The notes: generated by a model not told the origin, from the letters alone. Counted from the first letter of the stretch, positions 1-9,712 are shown. The stretch is 53,908 bases of DNA from an uncultured Candidatus Saccharibacteria bacterium (GCA_965225085.1 CBDDBE010000003.1:67023-120930); one strand, 5' to 3'. Numbers and translations are program-made.

Positions 1-1
1 G

Positions 2-1513
2 GAGCTGTGCGGGTTCACGGGCGGCCAGGCCGACACGCTGCGTAAGGCCATCGGCAAGAAGAAGATCGACGTCATGCAGAAGATGAAGGTCGATTTTATC
101 AAGGGTGCCGTTGCCAGTGGTGCACGCGAAGACCAGATGGAGAAGTTCTGGAAACAGCTGGAGGACTTTGCGGCGTACTGTTTCAACAAATCACACGCTG
201 CCTGTTACGGACTTATAGCCTATTGGACGGCCTACCTCAAGGCATACTACCCGGCCGCATTTATGGCGGCGCTGATGACCAGCGACCAGGATGACACTGA
301 CCGCCTGGCCATCGAGATTACCGAGACGCGTCGCATGGGCCTAAAGGTTTTGTCGCCCGATGTTAATTTGTCGTTCCAGGAATTTGGCGTCGTGCCCGAT
401 ACGAATGACATTCGTTTTGGCCTGGTGGCAGTCAAGAACCTGGGCGGTGGCGCCGTCGAGGAAATTGTCCGTGTACGCGAAGAGGGCGGGGCCTTTGCCT
501 CAGTAGAGGACTTCGCCAAACGCGTCAGCACCCGCTTGGTAAACCGTAAAGGCTGGGAGGCGCTGATCAAAGCCGGGGCATTCGACCAAATGGGCGACCG
601 ATCCGACCTGCTGTTCAATCTCGACAACATTTTGGCATTTGCTGCTAAGCTCCAGAAAGACGCCGCCAGTGGCCAGACCGACCTGTTTGGCGGCGAGGCT
701 GCTCAAGCGATCGCGCCCGTCATGAAGATGGAGCCAGCTCCGACCAAATTTACCGATCGCGAGCAGCTGCAGTGGGAGCGCGAGCTCCTCGGTCTGTACC
801 TCAGCGCACATCCACTGGACAAATTCGACGTGTATTTCCGCGAGCAGACCGTCCCAACGGTGAATATCAAGAAAGAAATGGATGGCAAACAAGTCATAAT
901 CGGCGGCGTTATTACGACCAATCGCGTCATCAATACCAAAAATGGCTCCAAAATGGCATTTGTCGGCATCGAGGATAAAAGTGGCGAGATGGAAGTGATA
1001 GTTTTTCCGAACTTGTTCGAAGAAGTTGGCGAGCAGCTCGCGCAGGACGCTGTCGTGCGGATAAAAGGCAAGATCAGCGCCAAGGATCGCGACGGCAAAA
1101 TCACCGATGACGTCAAAATAATTGGCGACGAGGTGATACTGGTAACCGAGGAAGAACTAAGAAGCTATCGTGCAACCGGCAAGCTAGCCAAAGCGCCAAA
1201 GGGCAAGACGGCTATGGCATCCACCCAAACAGAGGCTAGGAAAGTAATCTATCGCCCGATCGACGATAGCTCTTCAACAAAAGCACTTTCGCCCCCCAAA
1301 CTCTACGTGCATGTTAAGGACCCAACAAATGAAACGCATCTGATGCAGCTCAAGCAAAAGTTCAATGAATTCCCAGGCGAAAATGAGGTCATATTGGTGC
1401 TCGGCGCGACGAAGAAATCGGCCGTTCGCATGCCCTTCACGGTCAATCCATCGATTGACCTGCAGCAAAACATCGCAACATTACTGGGCAGCGAATGCGT
1501 CGCGCTGCGGTAA
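2..1513 (+). CDS. dnaE: DNA polymerase III alpha subunit, 5'-truncated by the window edge
   Basis: Open frame from nt 2 (ELCGFTGGQADTLRKAIGKKK) into YCFNKSHAACY, HhH region and OB-fold (KNGSKMAFVGIEDKSGEMEVIVFP). Confidence 0.97.
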   Translation, partial: ELCGFTGGQADTLRKAIGKKKIDVMQKMKVDFIKGAVASGAREDQMEKFWKQLEDFAAYCFNKSHAACYGLIAYWTAYLKAYYPAAFMAALMTSDQDDTDRLAIEITETRRMGLKVLSPDVNLSFQEFGVVPDTNDIRFGLVAVKNLGGGAVEEIVRVREEGGAFASVEDFAKRVSTRLVNRKGWEALIKAGAFDQMGDRSDLLFNLDNILAFAAKLQKDAASGQTDLFGGEAAQAIAPVMKMEPAPTKFTDREQLQWERELLGLYLSAHPLDKFDVYFREQTVPTVNIKKEMDGKQVIIGGVITTNRVINTKNGSKMAFVGIEDKSGEMEVIVFPNLFEEVGEQLAQDAVVRIKGKISAKDRDGKITDDVKIIGDEVILVTEEELRSYRATGKLAKAPKGKTAMASTQTEARKVIYRPIDDSSSTKALSPPKLYVHVKDPTNETHLMQLKQKFNEFPGENEVILVLGATKKSAVRMPFTVNPSIDLQQNIATLLGSECVALR

Positions 1514-1517
1514 TGCC

Positions 1518-1736
1518 CTAGAACCAGGGCAGCTGAGACGAAGGGCCGTATATATAGCCGCTACGGATCATAAAACCCGTCGTTCCCTTCGGCCCGCATA
1601 TATTCCCGTAGCTGTCTACATAGTAGATGCCTTGGGTCGCTGGCCCGTAAATACGGTTCCCCAATATATAAAATTGGCCCGCGCGTTGCGGACCATATAT
1701 ATAGTTGGAGTTGTCGACGTAGTAACCGGTTTGCAT
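1518..1736 (-). CDS. 72-aa orphan protein with four ~17-aa [YR]I[YC]GP repeats
   Basis: Internal repeats YIYGP/RIYGP/NICGP/YIYGP; SD GGGAGG and TGC-TATAGT -10 upstream. Confidence 0.75.
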   Translation of the reverse strand: MQTGYYVDNSNYIYGPQRAGQFYILGNRIYGPATQGIYYVDSYGNICGPKGTTGFMIRSGYIYGPSSQLPWF

Positions 1737-1797
1737 AACACACCTCCCGTTTACACCCTCTACTATAGCAGATCATAGCGAGGAGCACTAGGCAGTT

Positions 1798-2691
1798 TTA
1801 ACGAATAAATCCGTTTGTAGCTTGAAGGATTACAAATGCAAACACGCACAACACGCACGTGTCGATAACCGGGTGCAAAACAGCAAATCGCCGAGTCCGA
1901 TGAAATCCTGAACGCAGCGCATCAAGATGCGTAACTGCAAAGCCCATGGCTGTCGCACCAACCAACGCCAGGCTGGCATAGGCCGCCCACGGAGCATTGC
2001 CGCCGGCGATAGTGCTGATACCGTTCACTGCCGATTCGGTATTCGCTAGATTGGTCGCAGCCACGGGCGGCTCGGCAGACGATGCGGCAGCCACAATTGG
2101 CTTCTTACCTGCGGGCAACCCATATAGCGCAACTACAACGGTATTCTGGCTATGCTGATAGTCCGAGCTGCTTGCAAATCCAAAACCCACATCACTATAA
2201 TCACCAAGTACATTCCTGCGGTGTTCGGGACTGTTCATCCAGGCGGCGATTATCTGGTCTTCGGTGGCAAAACCATAGGCTAGATTCTCGCCAGCCATAC
2301 TGTAGTCGTACCCCGACTTTTGTATAAACGTCCAGGGCGTAGCACCATCCGGCGCTACGTGGCTCCAGTAATTTTTGGCAACCATATCATCGGCCTTTAG
2401 CTGCGCCGCGCGGGTGAGTTGACTACTGGCCTGCAAGCTGACACGACCTGCTTTTGCGCGCTCGTCGTTCGTACCCCGAAGCAGTGCGTCGCTGCTGATG
2501 CTAGTCGCATAACCTAGGACTTGCGGCTGGCCGGTGCTGTGCATATTGTAGACAAGCTGAATAAGCAAAATGCCCACGCTCAACACGCCAAACCACCAAG
2601 CTCGACGCCTATGCAGCTGAAACACAAGCTGTTTTGGGGGCTTAGAGACGTGATGTATCTTTTTGGTATTTGCAGTTTTGTATTTTGGCAT
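1798..2691 (-). CDS. Membrane-anchored CAP (SCP-like) domain protein
   Basis: N-terminal TM; CAP motifs AQLKADDM..YWSH, AGENLAYG, WMNSPEHRRN, VGFG; two C-terminal TM segments. Confidence 0.9.
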   Translation of the reverse strand: MPKYKTANTKKIHHVSKPPKQLVFQLHRRRAWWFGVLSVGILLIQLVYNMHSTGQPQVLGYATSISSDALLRGTNDERAKAGRVSLQASSQLTRAAQLKADDMVAKNYWSHVAPDGATPWTFIQKSGYDYSMAGENLAYGFATEDQIIAAWMNSPEHRRNVLGDYSDVGFGFASSSDYQHSQNTVVVALYGLPAGKKPIVAAASSAEPPVAATNLANTESAVNGISTIAGGNAPWAAYASLALVGATAMGFAVTHLDALRSGFHRTRRFAVLHPVIDTCVLCVFAFVILQATNGFIR

Positions 2692-2729
2692 ACAACTTTA
2701 TCTAGTATGCCTGAGTAGCGAAATTTTGG

Positions 2730-3230
2730 CTAGATTTTTTGCGAGCTAATCAGCGCATACATCGCGATGCCGGCTGCCACGCTGACGTTGAAGGATTCCT
2801 TGCGCCCGCGCATGGGTATTTCGAGAGTGACGTCGCACAGCGCCAGGAGCTCTGGTGCGACGCCGTGGACTTCTTCACCCAGTATCAACGCCAGCTTTTT
2901 GGGGGCACGATAGCCAGGCAGCATAACTGACGATTCGGATTGTTCGAGGGCGGCTACCGTGAATCCTTGGTCGCGGTAGTGTTTCAGTACCGCAAGTACG
3001 TCCAGGGCATGCTCTACGGGCACGGTACGTTCGGCGCCCAGCGCTGTTTTGGCAATGTGGCGTGTCAGCTTATCGCGTACATGTGGCAAACGCGTATCAC
3101 CCGGAATGATCGGATAGGGGGTATACCCTGTGGCATAGAATGTCGTCACACCGAACCCATCGCACGAACGTAAAATAGCACCGACATTGTAGGTGCTACG
3201 GATATTATGGGCGATGACGACCAGGGGCAT
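2730..3230 (-). CDS. SpoU/TrmH-family RNA 2'-O-methyltransferase
   Basis: HNIRSTYNVGAILRS, LILGEEVHGV, IPMRGRKESFNVSVAAGI SPOUT motifs. Confidence 0.93.
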   Translation of the reverse strand: MPLVVIAHNIRSTYNVGAILRSCDGFGVTTFYATGYTPYPIIPGDTRLPHVRDKLTRHIAKTALGAERTVPVEHALDVLAVLKHYRDQGFTVAALEQSESSVMLPGYRAPKKLALILGEEVHGVAPELLALCDVTLEIPMRGRKESFNVSVAAGIAMYALISSQKI

Positions 3231-3305
3231 GCGAGCATTATAGCAAAATATCGATTGTACCGGCGCAAGCGGAGGCCCTTTATGAGGGCCTGCCGCTCAA
3301 TGCGC

Positions 3306-3773
3306 CTAGTCAGTGATGATCAGTGTTTCCACTCGCGGAAGGCCACGCTTTTCACCGATACGCAAGCCATTCGCCAGATGCATGATCAGCGTCTCGTAGA
3401 CTCGCTCTGGGAAGATTGCAAGTTGCGCCCTAGGGACAGCTCGTCGCAAGAGGCCATGACGGCGCACCGTACCAGTTCGCTCGATACGCGCAGTCGCCTG
3501 TAGCGTAAACGTATACGTCACGATGCCGGTAAGCCTGCTTCTTTGGCGCTTGACCCCCTGAATCAACATGTCAACGCTCCGGTCACCCCTTAGCGGGTTG
3601 CTCAGACACGTCTGGACGGGATCTACGAGATCCTCCAACGGGACGACTAGGGCACACCTGAGCCAAATCACCCCTCGTCCACCCTCTGCCTCTCTACGGT
3701 CACCGCTGGTAGAGTGCGTCCCGCTGAGAACCCAGGTTACGGGGCGCTTGTGTTCGAAATCTGAGTATGCCAC
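3306..3773 (-). CDS. Hypothetical protein (155 aa)
   Basis: Fills the intergenic gap; GTG start with AAGGGA SD, TTGACG -35 upstream, hairpin downstream; no recognised domain. Confidence 0.5.
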   Translation of the reverse strand: MAYSDFEHKRPVTWVLSGTHSTSGDRREAEGGRGVIWLRCALVVPLEDLVDPVQTCLSNPLRGDRSVDMLIQGVKRQRSRLTGIVTYTFTLQATARIERTGTVRRHGLLRRAVPRAQLAIFPERVYETLIMHLANGLRIGEKRGLPRVETLIITD

Positions 3774-3996
3774 ATCGGCTTCCCTTGCTCGAAATCGGAT
3801 TGGGCGTAGCTATAATCGCACGCTCGAGCGGCAGCGTCAACAATCATTGGCACGAGCGTTATTGTGATATTTTCAACATCGTGCTATAATAATACGCAAG
3901 CAAGTAGCTATCATACCTGCACCGTGGCTTACGCATCATTATTTGCCTCGGTCAGACATACTAACAGTGACTAATCTATCAATAAGGAACAAAAAC

Positions 3997-4287
3997 ATGA
4001 CAATGAAACTATACGTAGGCGGCCTGCCTTACAGTACTACCGAACAAGAACTACAAGCTCTCTTTGCAGAGTTTGGGACAGTAAGTAGTGTAGCAATCAT
4101 CAAAGACCGCGATACTGGCCAGTCTAAAGGCTTTGGTTTTGTAGAGATGCCAAATGACACCGAAGCAAAGGCTGCGATGTCTGCACTGAACGGCAAAGAA
4201 GTCGGCGGACGTGCAATCATGGTCAATGAAGCACGCCCACAGGAAGATCGACGCTCTGGTGGCGGCGGTTTCCGCAACTCTCGCTAG
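3997..4287 (+). CDS. RRM RNA-binding protein (Rbp type)
   Basis: RNP2 LYVGGL, RNP1 KGFGFVEM, Gly/Arg tail; ATG 3997 after AAGGAA. Confidence 0.95.
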   Translation: MTMKLYVGGLPYSTTEQELQALFAEFGTVSSVAIIKDRDTGQSKGFGFVEMPNDTEAKAAMSALNGKEVGGRAIMVNEARPQEDRRSGGGGFRNSR

Positions 4288-4353
4288 AAACACTTCTTTA
4301 CAGCAAAATAGTACACCCGGTTGATTGCCAACTTGGGGAGGAGTGTTATTGAT

Positions 4354-5412
4354 ATGATGAAACGTACACGACGTATTGAGATAGTTCGCTCCACGATTCT
4401 GGAGCTCAGCTCGATGAGCCAAGAATCCTGCGACGGGATCTTTCGCGTTTTAAGCCAGCGATATACATCGGTCCGGGTCAGCGTCGTAAACAACTTGGCA
4501 GATCTGGAAGCGGTTGTAGCCCGAAATCCAGATTTAGTCTTTCTAGGTATGGAATACGTCTTTGCTGACCAACTTTTCGGAACGCAAGATGCAAACAAGA
4601 TTTGGGTGACGCAATATCTTGACGACCATGGCATTGCCTATACCGGCTCAAACAGGCCAGTGCATATGCTCGAGAGGAATAAAGACTTAGCGAAGCAAAA
4701 AGTCGAAGAAGCTGGCCTTAGGACATCTCCATTTTGGGTTGCAAAGATGGGCGAGCTTCTCACGAGAGAAGATATAGCGCTTCCGTATCCATTGTTTGTG
4801 AAACCAAGGAATCGTGGTGGGGGAGTCGGCATCGATAGCGACTCGGTAATCTATGACTTCGAGCATCTAGTGCACAAAATAGATGCAATTAGCACTCAGC
4901 TACAAACAGATTCACTCGTCGAGGAATTTTTACCCGGACGTGAGTTTAGCGTTGCAGTCCTAAAGACGATTGATGCGGAAGAGTTTGCTATTATGCCTAT
5001 CGAATTGATTGCACCACTGGACAAGAATAACGAGCGTATTCTTAGCGACCAGGTCAAAACATCGAACGCCGAGAGTGCCATAGCTATTACTGATGATGCC
5101 CTTAGGCAACAGGTTGCGACCCTCGCGCTCAATGTTTTTCATGCACTGGGTGCGCGGGACTATGGGCGGATAGATATTCGCCTAGACCGCTTCGGCAAGG
5201 CTAACTTCCTTGAAGCCAACCTCCTTCCAAGTCTTATCAGCGGTTACGGCTCGTTTCCCAAGGCATGTATGCTTAACATTCACCTCGAATATGAGCCTAT
5301 GATTATACAAATCGTCGAGCTGGGGCTGCGACGCTCGCAGAGTCGCACCATAAAGCTCAATATGCTAGGTGATGGCGTCCAAAATTTGATTCTAGCCCCT
5401 ACTCCCGTCTAG
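4354..5412 (+). CDS. D-Ala-D-Ala ligase-like ATP-grasp protein
   Basis: YTGS, NKDLAK, PLFVKP..GGGVGI, LVEEFLPGREFSV, RDYGRIDIR, FLEAN.LP; ATG chosen after GGAGGAG. Confidence 0.8.
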   Translation: MMKRTRRIEIVRSTILELSSMSQESCDGIFRVLSQRYTSVRVSVVNNLADLEAVVARNPDLVFLGMEYVFADQLFGTQDANKIWVTQYLDDHGIAYTGSNRPVHMLERNKDLAKQKVEEAGLRTSPFWVAKMGELLTREDIALPYPLFVKPRNRGGGVGIDSDSVIYDFEHLVHKIDAISTQLQTDSLVEEFLPGREFSVAVLKTIDAEEFAIMPIELIAPLDKNNERILSDQVKTSNAESAIAITDDALRQQVATLALNVFHALGARDYGRIDIRLDRFGKANFLEANLLPSLISGYGSFPKACMLNIHLEYEPMIIQIVELGLRRSQSRTIKLNMLGDGVQNLILAPTPV

Positions 5413-5494
5413 AAACATGCCAAGCAGCCCGCATTTGTCCGGTTACTTTGAATTATCACGCAATACTGCTTTTGGTTTGGTATAGTATAGATAT

Positions 5495-7114
5495 ATGACA
5501 GCAGAGGAAGATACCGCGCGGTTTCGTGATACCGAGGAGCAGAATACTCTGTCGCGCGCCAGCATGCTGGGGCTGCAGTATTTTGATTCGCGCGAACTGG
5601 ACAACACAGAGCCACTCCATCAAGGGCTTTTGAGCATTCAGGAGATGTATCAGGGTCACATCGTGCCACTGAGCGACGATGGCGAGGATGCGCCGCTGGT
5701 ATTTGGCATAACCATCAACACGCCGCAGCAGCTTCTGCGGCAAATTCGTGAACGGTTCGACGGCCGGATGGTGCAAGTCGTCATGATGAGTAACTCCGGG
5801 TATCGCCAGTTAATGCTCCGATACGACCCGCCCAAGAAGGTAGTGTATCAGGATGTAAAGATTGCGACCGCCGGCGATAGCGACACTATCGAGGAGGTCA
5901 GCAAGACCCTCGACACCGTACGCTCCGATGATATGCTGAACTACCTCATTACTCAGGCCGACAAGCTCAACGCATCAGACATTCACCTGGAGACGCAGCG
6001 TGATAACGTGCGGATTCGACTGCGTATTGACGGCACGCTGCACCCAATTGCAACGCTTACGCACGACAAGTATCGTGTTCTAACCGCTTCGATCGCCTCG
6101 AGGGCAAACGTATCGACCGCCTCCAAGGATGCCCAGACTGGTCACATGCAGCAGGAGATCAAGAAGCCGGATGGCACGAGCAGATCACTCAATATGCGTA
6201 TCGAGACCGTACCCACCGTCTATGGCCAGGACGCGGTCATCCGATTGTTCAATTTTGACTCTGGGCTGCTTAACCTCGATAGCCTGGGAATGACCGACGC
6301 GCAGAAAGGCCTATTCCAGGAAATTATCGCGCATCCGCATGGCATGGTCTTGATGGTTGGCCCGACAGGTTCGGGCAAATCTACCACCCTATATAGCATG
6401 TTAAATGCATTGAATGACCCCGGGCGCAAGATTCTGACCCTCGAAGACCCCGTTGAATACAGCATCCCGGGCGTGACACAAATCCCAGTCAACACCGGCG
6501 GTGGCGACAGTTTTGCCGAGAAGCTCCGCGCCGTGCTACGCCTGGACCCGGATATCGTGATGGTCGGCGAGATCCGAGACAACGACACCGCACGTACGGC
6601 CATCCAAGCATCAATTACCGGGCACCTCGTGCTCAGCACTTTCCATGCCAGCTCAGCAGCCACAGCCTTCAGTCGCATGATCGACATGATTGGGCAGAAC
6701 CCAATATTTTCGACCGCCATTCGCCTAGTTGCCAGCCAGCGCCTGGTTCGCCGCCTGGACGATGCAACCAAGATCGCCTACACACCCGACGATGCGACCA
6801 AGCAATACTTGCGTGATAATCTCAAAGACCTCCCAAGTGGCATGGAGATGCCCGATATCGATAATGTGCAGCTGTACCATCCCGGCAAATCCGAAGACGC
6901 ACCGTTTGGCTACAAAGGCCGATTGGTTATCATCGAGCAAATGCCGGTTGACGATAAGATTCAGGGCTTCCTCCGCGGCGAGCTAAAAGACGTCAATGCC
7001 GAAGCAATAGAGCGTCTCGCCCGCGAAGATGGCATGATGACCATGCTGCAGGATGGTCTTTTGAAAGTGATTGCTGGCGTGACGACCCTCGAGGAAGTAA
7101 GCCGGGTTATCTAA
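5495..7114 (+). CDS. Type IV pilus/T2SS assembly ATPase (PilB/GspE family)
   Basis: ASDIH, RIDG, Walker A GPTGSGKSTT, TLEDPVEY, LRLDPDIVMVGEIRD, GHLVLSTFH. Confidence 0.93.
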   Translation: MTAEEDTARFRDTEEQNTLSRASMLGLQYFDSRELDNTEPLHQGLLSIQEMYQGHIVPLSDDGEDAPLVFGITINTPQQLLRQIRERFDGRMVQVVMMSNSGYRQLMLRYDPPKKVVYQDVKIATAGDSDTIEEVSKTLDTVRSDDMLNYLITQADKLNASDIHLETQRDNVRIRLRIDGTLHPIATLTHDKYRVLTASIASRANVSTASKDAQTGHMQQEIKKPDGTSRSLNMRIETVPTVYGQDAVIRLFNFDSGLLNLDSLGMTDAQKGLFQEIIAHPHGMVLMVGPTGSGKSTTLYSMLNALNDPGRKILTLEDPVEYSIPGVTQIPVNTGGGDSFAEKLRAVLRLDPDIVMVGEIRDNDTARTAIQASITGHLVLSTFHASSAATAFSRMIDMIGQNPIFSTAIRLVASQRLVRRLDDATKIAYTPDDATKQYLRDNLKDLPSGMEMPDIDNVQLYHPGKSEDAPFGYKGRLVIIEQMPVDDKIQGFLRGELKDVNAEAIERLAREDGMMTMLQDGLLKVIAGVTTLEEVSRVI

Positions 7115-7124
7115 GTAGCTCGTG

Positions 7125-7559
7125 CTACCATTTCGACAGAAATACGACGTTTGCCGCCACAAAGATAGTAAGATAACCAACCTCGTACAATAGTCCACGT
7201 TGGGTCTCTGACCATTGTATCCGGTGATGAAATACGAAAAACCAATTTCGCGACTTTGCCTTAAGAATCCAGCGCTCATAAATCCACAGCACATCAGGTA
7301 ATTCGGCAGCGACGCCGCCTATGATAATCGGCAGCCACATGTTTGGCGCCAATGATATCAGCGTCACAAGTATGCTCAGGCTCGCGACGGCGTCCATTAG
7401 CCAAATCTGCCCGAAGCTGAGCCCTGGCCATTTATAGTTAAAGTGCGGCGTGGTGTCTAGCACAAAGTGTGACAAAAAGGCCAATGGCGCAATCAACGCA
7501 GGCTGTTTGATGGCCAAACCGATGGCCGTCCCGGCAAGAACGTGATTTAATGCAATCAT
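7125..7559 (-). CDS. Membrane protein, probable metal-dependent hydrolase (YdjM-like)
   Basis: Hydrophobic helices with NH..G, SHFVLD..PH, PD and HH motifs. Confidence 0.6.
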   Translation of the reverse strand: MIALNHVLAGTAIGLAIKQPALIAPLAFLSHFVLDTTPHFNYKWPGLSFGQIWLMDAVASLSILVTLISLAPNMWLPIIIGGVAAELPDVLWIYERWILKAKSRNWFFVFHHRIQWSETQRGLLYEVGYLTIFVAANVVFLSKW

Positions 7560-7678
7560 CCTGCACGCATTCTACCATAATTGTCGCAATCTTGGCCGGC
7601 AAAAGTCTTCCATTAACAGAGTATTTGTGCTAGAATACTATCTGACTATTGAAATAACCAACATAAGGCTAGTTGAGT

Positions 7679-8149
7679 ATGTTTGAATTAATCCAAAAAG
7701 TCGAACAGAAGTACCGCAAGCATGCGGTTGTTGACGTTCGCACTGGTGACACTGTGCGTGTCCATCAGAAAGTCAAGGAAGGCAGCAAAGAGCGCGTACA
7801 GGTCTTTGAAGGTGTCGTTATCCGCACCGACCGCAAAGACAGCCTAACCAGCAGCATCACTGTTCGCCGTATTGCCAGTGGCGTCGGTGTCGAGAAGACT
7901 TATCTGATGCATTCGCCGCTCGTCCTGAAGATCGAAGTCATGAAGCGTAGCAAAGTTCGTCGCAAATACCTAACGTATCTGCGCGCCCGAAGTGGTAAAT
8001 CTGCTCGACTTACCGCCGTCGCCTTTGATCGTGAGGCGGTAAACACCGTTGCCGACAAAGCAGCCGAAGCTGAGATCGAGCACATCCGTGAAGAATTGGC
8101 CGAGAAGCATGATGCCGAAGAGGCAGAAGGCAAAAAAGCCAAGAAGTAG
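7679..8149 (+). CDS. rplS: 50S ribosomal protein L19 with charged C-terminal extension
   Basis: GDTVRVH.KVKEG.KER.Q.FEGVVI, GVGVEK, V.RRKYL.YLR. Confidence 0.97.
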   Translation: MFELIQKVEQKYRKHAVVDVRTGDTVRVHQKVKEGSKERVQVFEGVVIRTDRKDSLTSSITVRRIASGVGVEKTYLMHSPLVLKIEVMKRSKVRRKYLTYLRARSGKSARLTAVAFDREAVNTVADKAAEAEIEHIREELAEKHDAEEAEGKKAKK

Positions 8150-8171
8150 GTTTGACTGACCGCTCACCATG

Positions 8172-8200
8172 AAAACCCTATCGCATCGTGATAGGGTTTT
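8172..8200. terminator. Intrinsic terminator after rplS
   Basis: AAAACCCTATC-gcatcgt-GATAGGGTTTT. Confidence 0.8.
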
Positions 8201-8261
8201 CTATTTGGATAAAATATTCTATAGTAGCTGAGGCAACAATCGTCTACCGAAAGAGGTATCC

Positions 8262-8675
8262 ATGCTCTCGTCAGTAGAACAAGCAGACGCCCAAGGGTTC
8301 GGGATCGAGACCAGAGGGCGTAGCCGAGATGAAGTACTACGACTCATCGGTCAGCGACGCAGGTGGGTCGAGTTCTGTAAGCAAGTGGGGTTGACTGTGC
8401 CACTTGGCGCGCAGACGCCTAGCATCAAGGAGCTCCAGACTTCTTTCAGGACAGCGCTGGATGAAATACTGACGGCAAGAGGTATCATCGAGCGAGCTAT
8501 GCTCAATATCCCCGAGGAAGCTGGCATGACCTGCAGCGGTTGGGTAGTCGTCACAAGCATCTTTTACCGAAAGGGCGAGGGCTTCGTCACTGTTCGGGAT
8601 GCAAGGAATAGAATCCATGAGTGCCACACCTTGGATGTGATCGAATGCGTAAGTGATATTCGACCCCCGAGGTAA
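8262..8675 (+). CDS. Hypothetical protein (137 aa)
   Basis: SD AAGAGG before ATG; 12-bp hairpin at 8684-8715 after the stop; no recognised domain. Confidence 0.55.
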   Translation: MLSSVEQADAQGFGIETRGRSRDEVLRLIGQRRRWVEFCKQVGLTVPLGAQTPSIKELQTSFRTALDEILTARGIIERAMLNIPEEAGMTCSGWVVVTSIFYRKGEGFVTVRDARNRIHECHTLDVIECVSDIRPPR

Positions 8676-8755
8676 CATCCCAGTCTGGGCCGCATCGAAA
8701 CTAATGCGGCCCAGATAACGTTACATTTCTAGGGTGTATTTGCTAGAATAGCTAC

Positions 8756-9316
8756 ATGATTGTGGGAGTCGATGAAGTTGGCCGTGGTTGTTGGGCGGGC
8801 CCATTGTGCGTGGGTGCGGTCGTGCTGCACGATTCACTCCGTGGCATTGTTGACGATTCTAAGAAATTATCCGCAGCTCAGCGCCAGGTCATAGCGCAGC
8901 TTATTAAGGAAGAAACCGAAGTGGCCGTAGGCTGGGCCTCGCCCAGCTATATCGACGCGCATGGTATGACGGCCGCGCTTAAATATGCCGCTCGCCAGGC
9001 GCTTGCGCAGATCACTGGACCTATTGACCGCATCCTTCTAGATGGTAATAGCAATTTCCTACAATATGCACGCGTGACGACTATTATCGGTGGTGACGCA
9101 GTCGAGCCGGTTATTGCAGCAGCGTCGGTTATTGCCAAGGTGGCTCGCGACAATTACATGCAACAGATGGGGCTGAGCCAATTCCAGGGCTATGGATTTG
9201 AAGCGCATGTGGGTTACGGAACGGCCTTTCACCGATCGGCGCTGCAGCAGTTCGGACCAACCAGGCTACACCGTATGAGCTTTGCGCCGCTCAAAAGGTT
9301 AACTAATGTCGACTGA
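8756..9316 (+). CDS. rnhB: Ribonuclease HII
   Basis: GVDEVGRG..AGP, DDSKKL, LDGN, AAASVIAKVARD, GYGTAFH, HRMSF. Confidence 0.96.
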   Translation: MIVGVDEVGRGCWAGPLCVGAVVLHDSLRGIVDDSKKLSAAQRQVIAQLIKEETEVAVGWASPSYIDAHGMTAALKYAARQALAQITGPIDRILLDGNSNFLQYARVTTIIGGDAVEPVIAAASVIAKVARDNYMQQMGLSQFQGYGFEAHVGYGTAFHRSALQQFGPTRLHRMSFAPLKRLTNVD

Positions 9317-9647
9317 AATCGGCAGGCGGGCCGAAATGGTTGCAGCCAAGTACCTGAACCGCCGAGGATATAATATCGTCGAGCAAAATTGGCGCACGCG
9401 GTGGTGCGAGATAGATATTATCGCTAGCAAGAACGACACCATTTATTTTGTGGAGGTAAAGTACCGCAGCAACACCCGCCATGGCGGCGGGCTAGAGTAC
9501 ATCACCCAGCGCAAACTGCAGCAGATGCACTTTGCTGCCGAGCTATGGCTGAACAGCCAACAGAGCAACGACGACTACAGGCTGGCTGCCGTCGAGCTGA
9601 CAGGGCCAGAGTGCGCGGTTACCGCCTGGGTGGACGACGTGTCATAG
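9306..9647 (+). CDS. yraN: YraN/UPF0102 family PD-(D/E)xK nuclease-like protein
   Basis: G..AE..A..YL...GY.I..QNWR....EIDII.....YFVEVKYR; overlaps rnhB. Confidence 0.9.
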   Translation: MSTEIGRRAEMVAAKYLNRRGYNIVEQNWRTRWCEIDIIASKNDTIYFVEVKYRSNTRHGGGLEYITQRKLQQMHFAAELWLNSQQSNDDYRLAAVELTGPECAVTAWVDDVS

Positions 9648-9712
9648 GTTGACTTACAGATACTAAGATCCTACTATACGCGTTGTCGGTACCCGTATCC
9701 CTGGGAGGGAAC

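Noticed and set aside
8030-8149. Acidic/lysine C-terminal extension of L19 as a novel domain
   Set aside because: Low-complexity charged tails on L19 are frequent and uninformative without comparison
8676-8725. Integron attC interpretation of the hairpins after orphan genes
   Set aside because: No consistent RYYYAAC/GTTRRRY cores or extrahelical-base pattern, the cassettes are dispersed rather than tandem, they carry their own promoters, and no intI is in view
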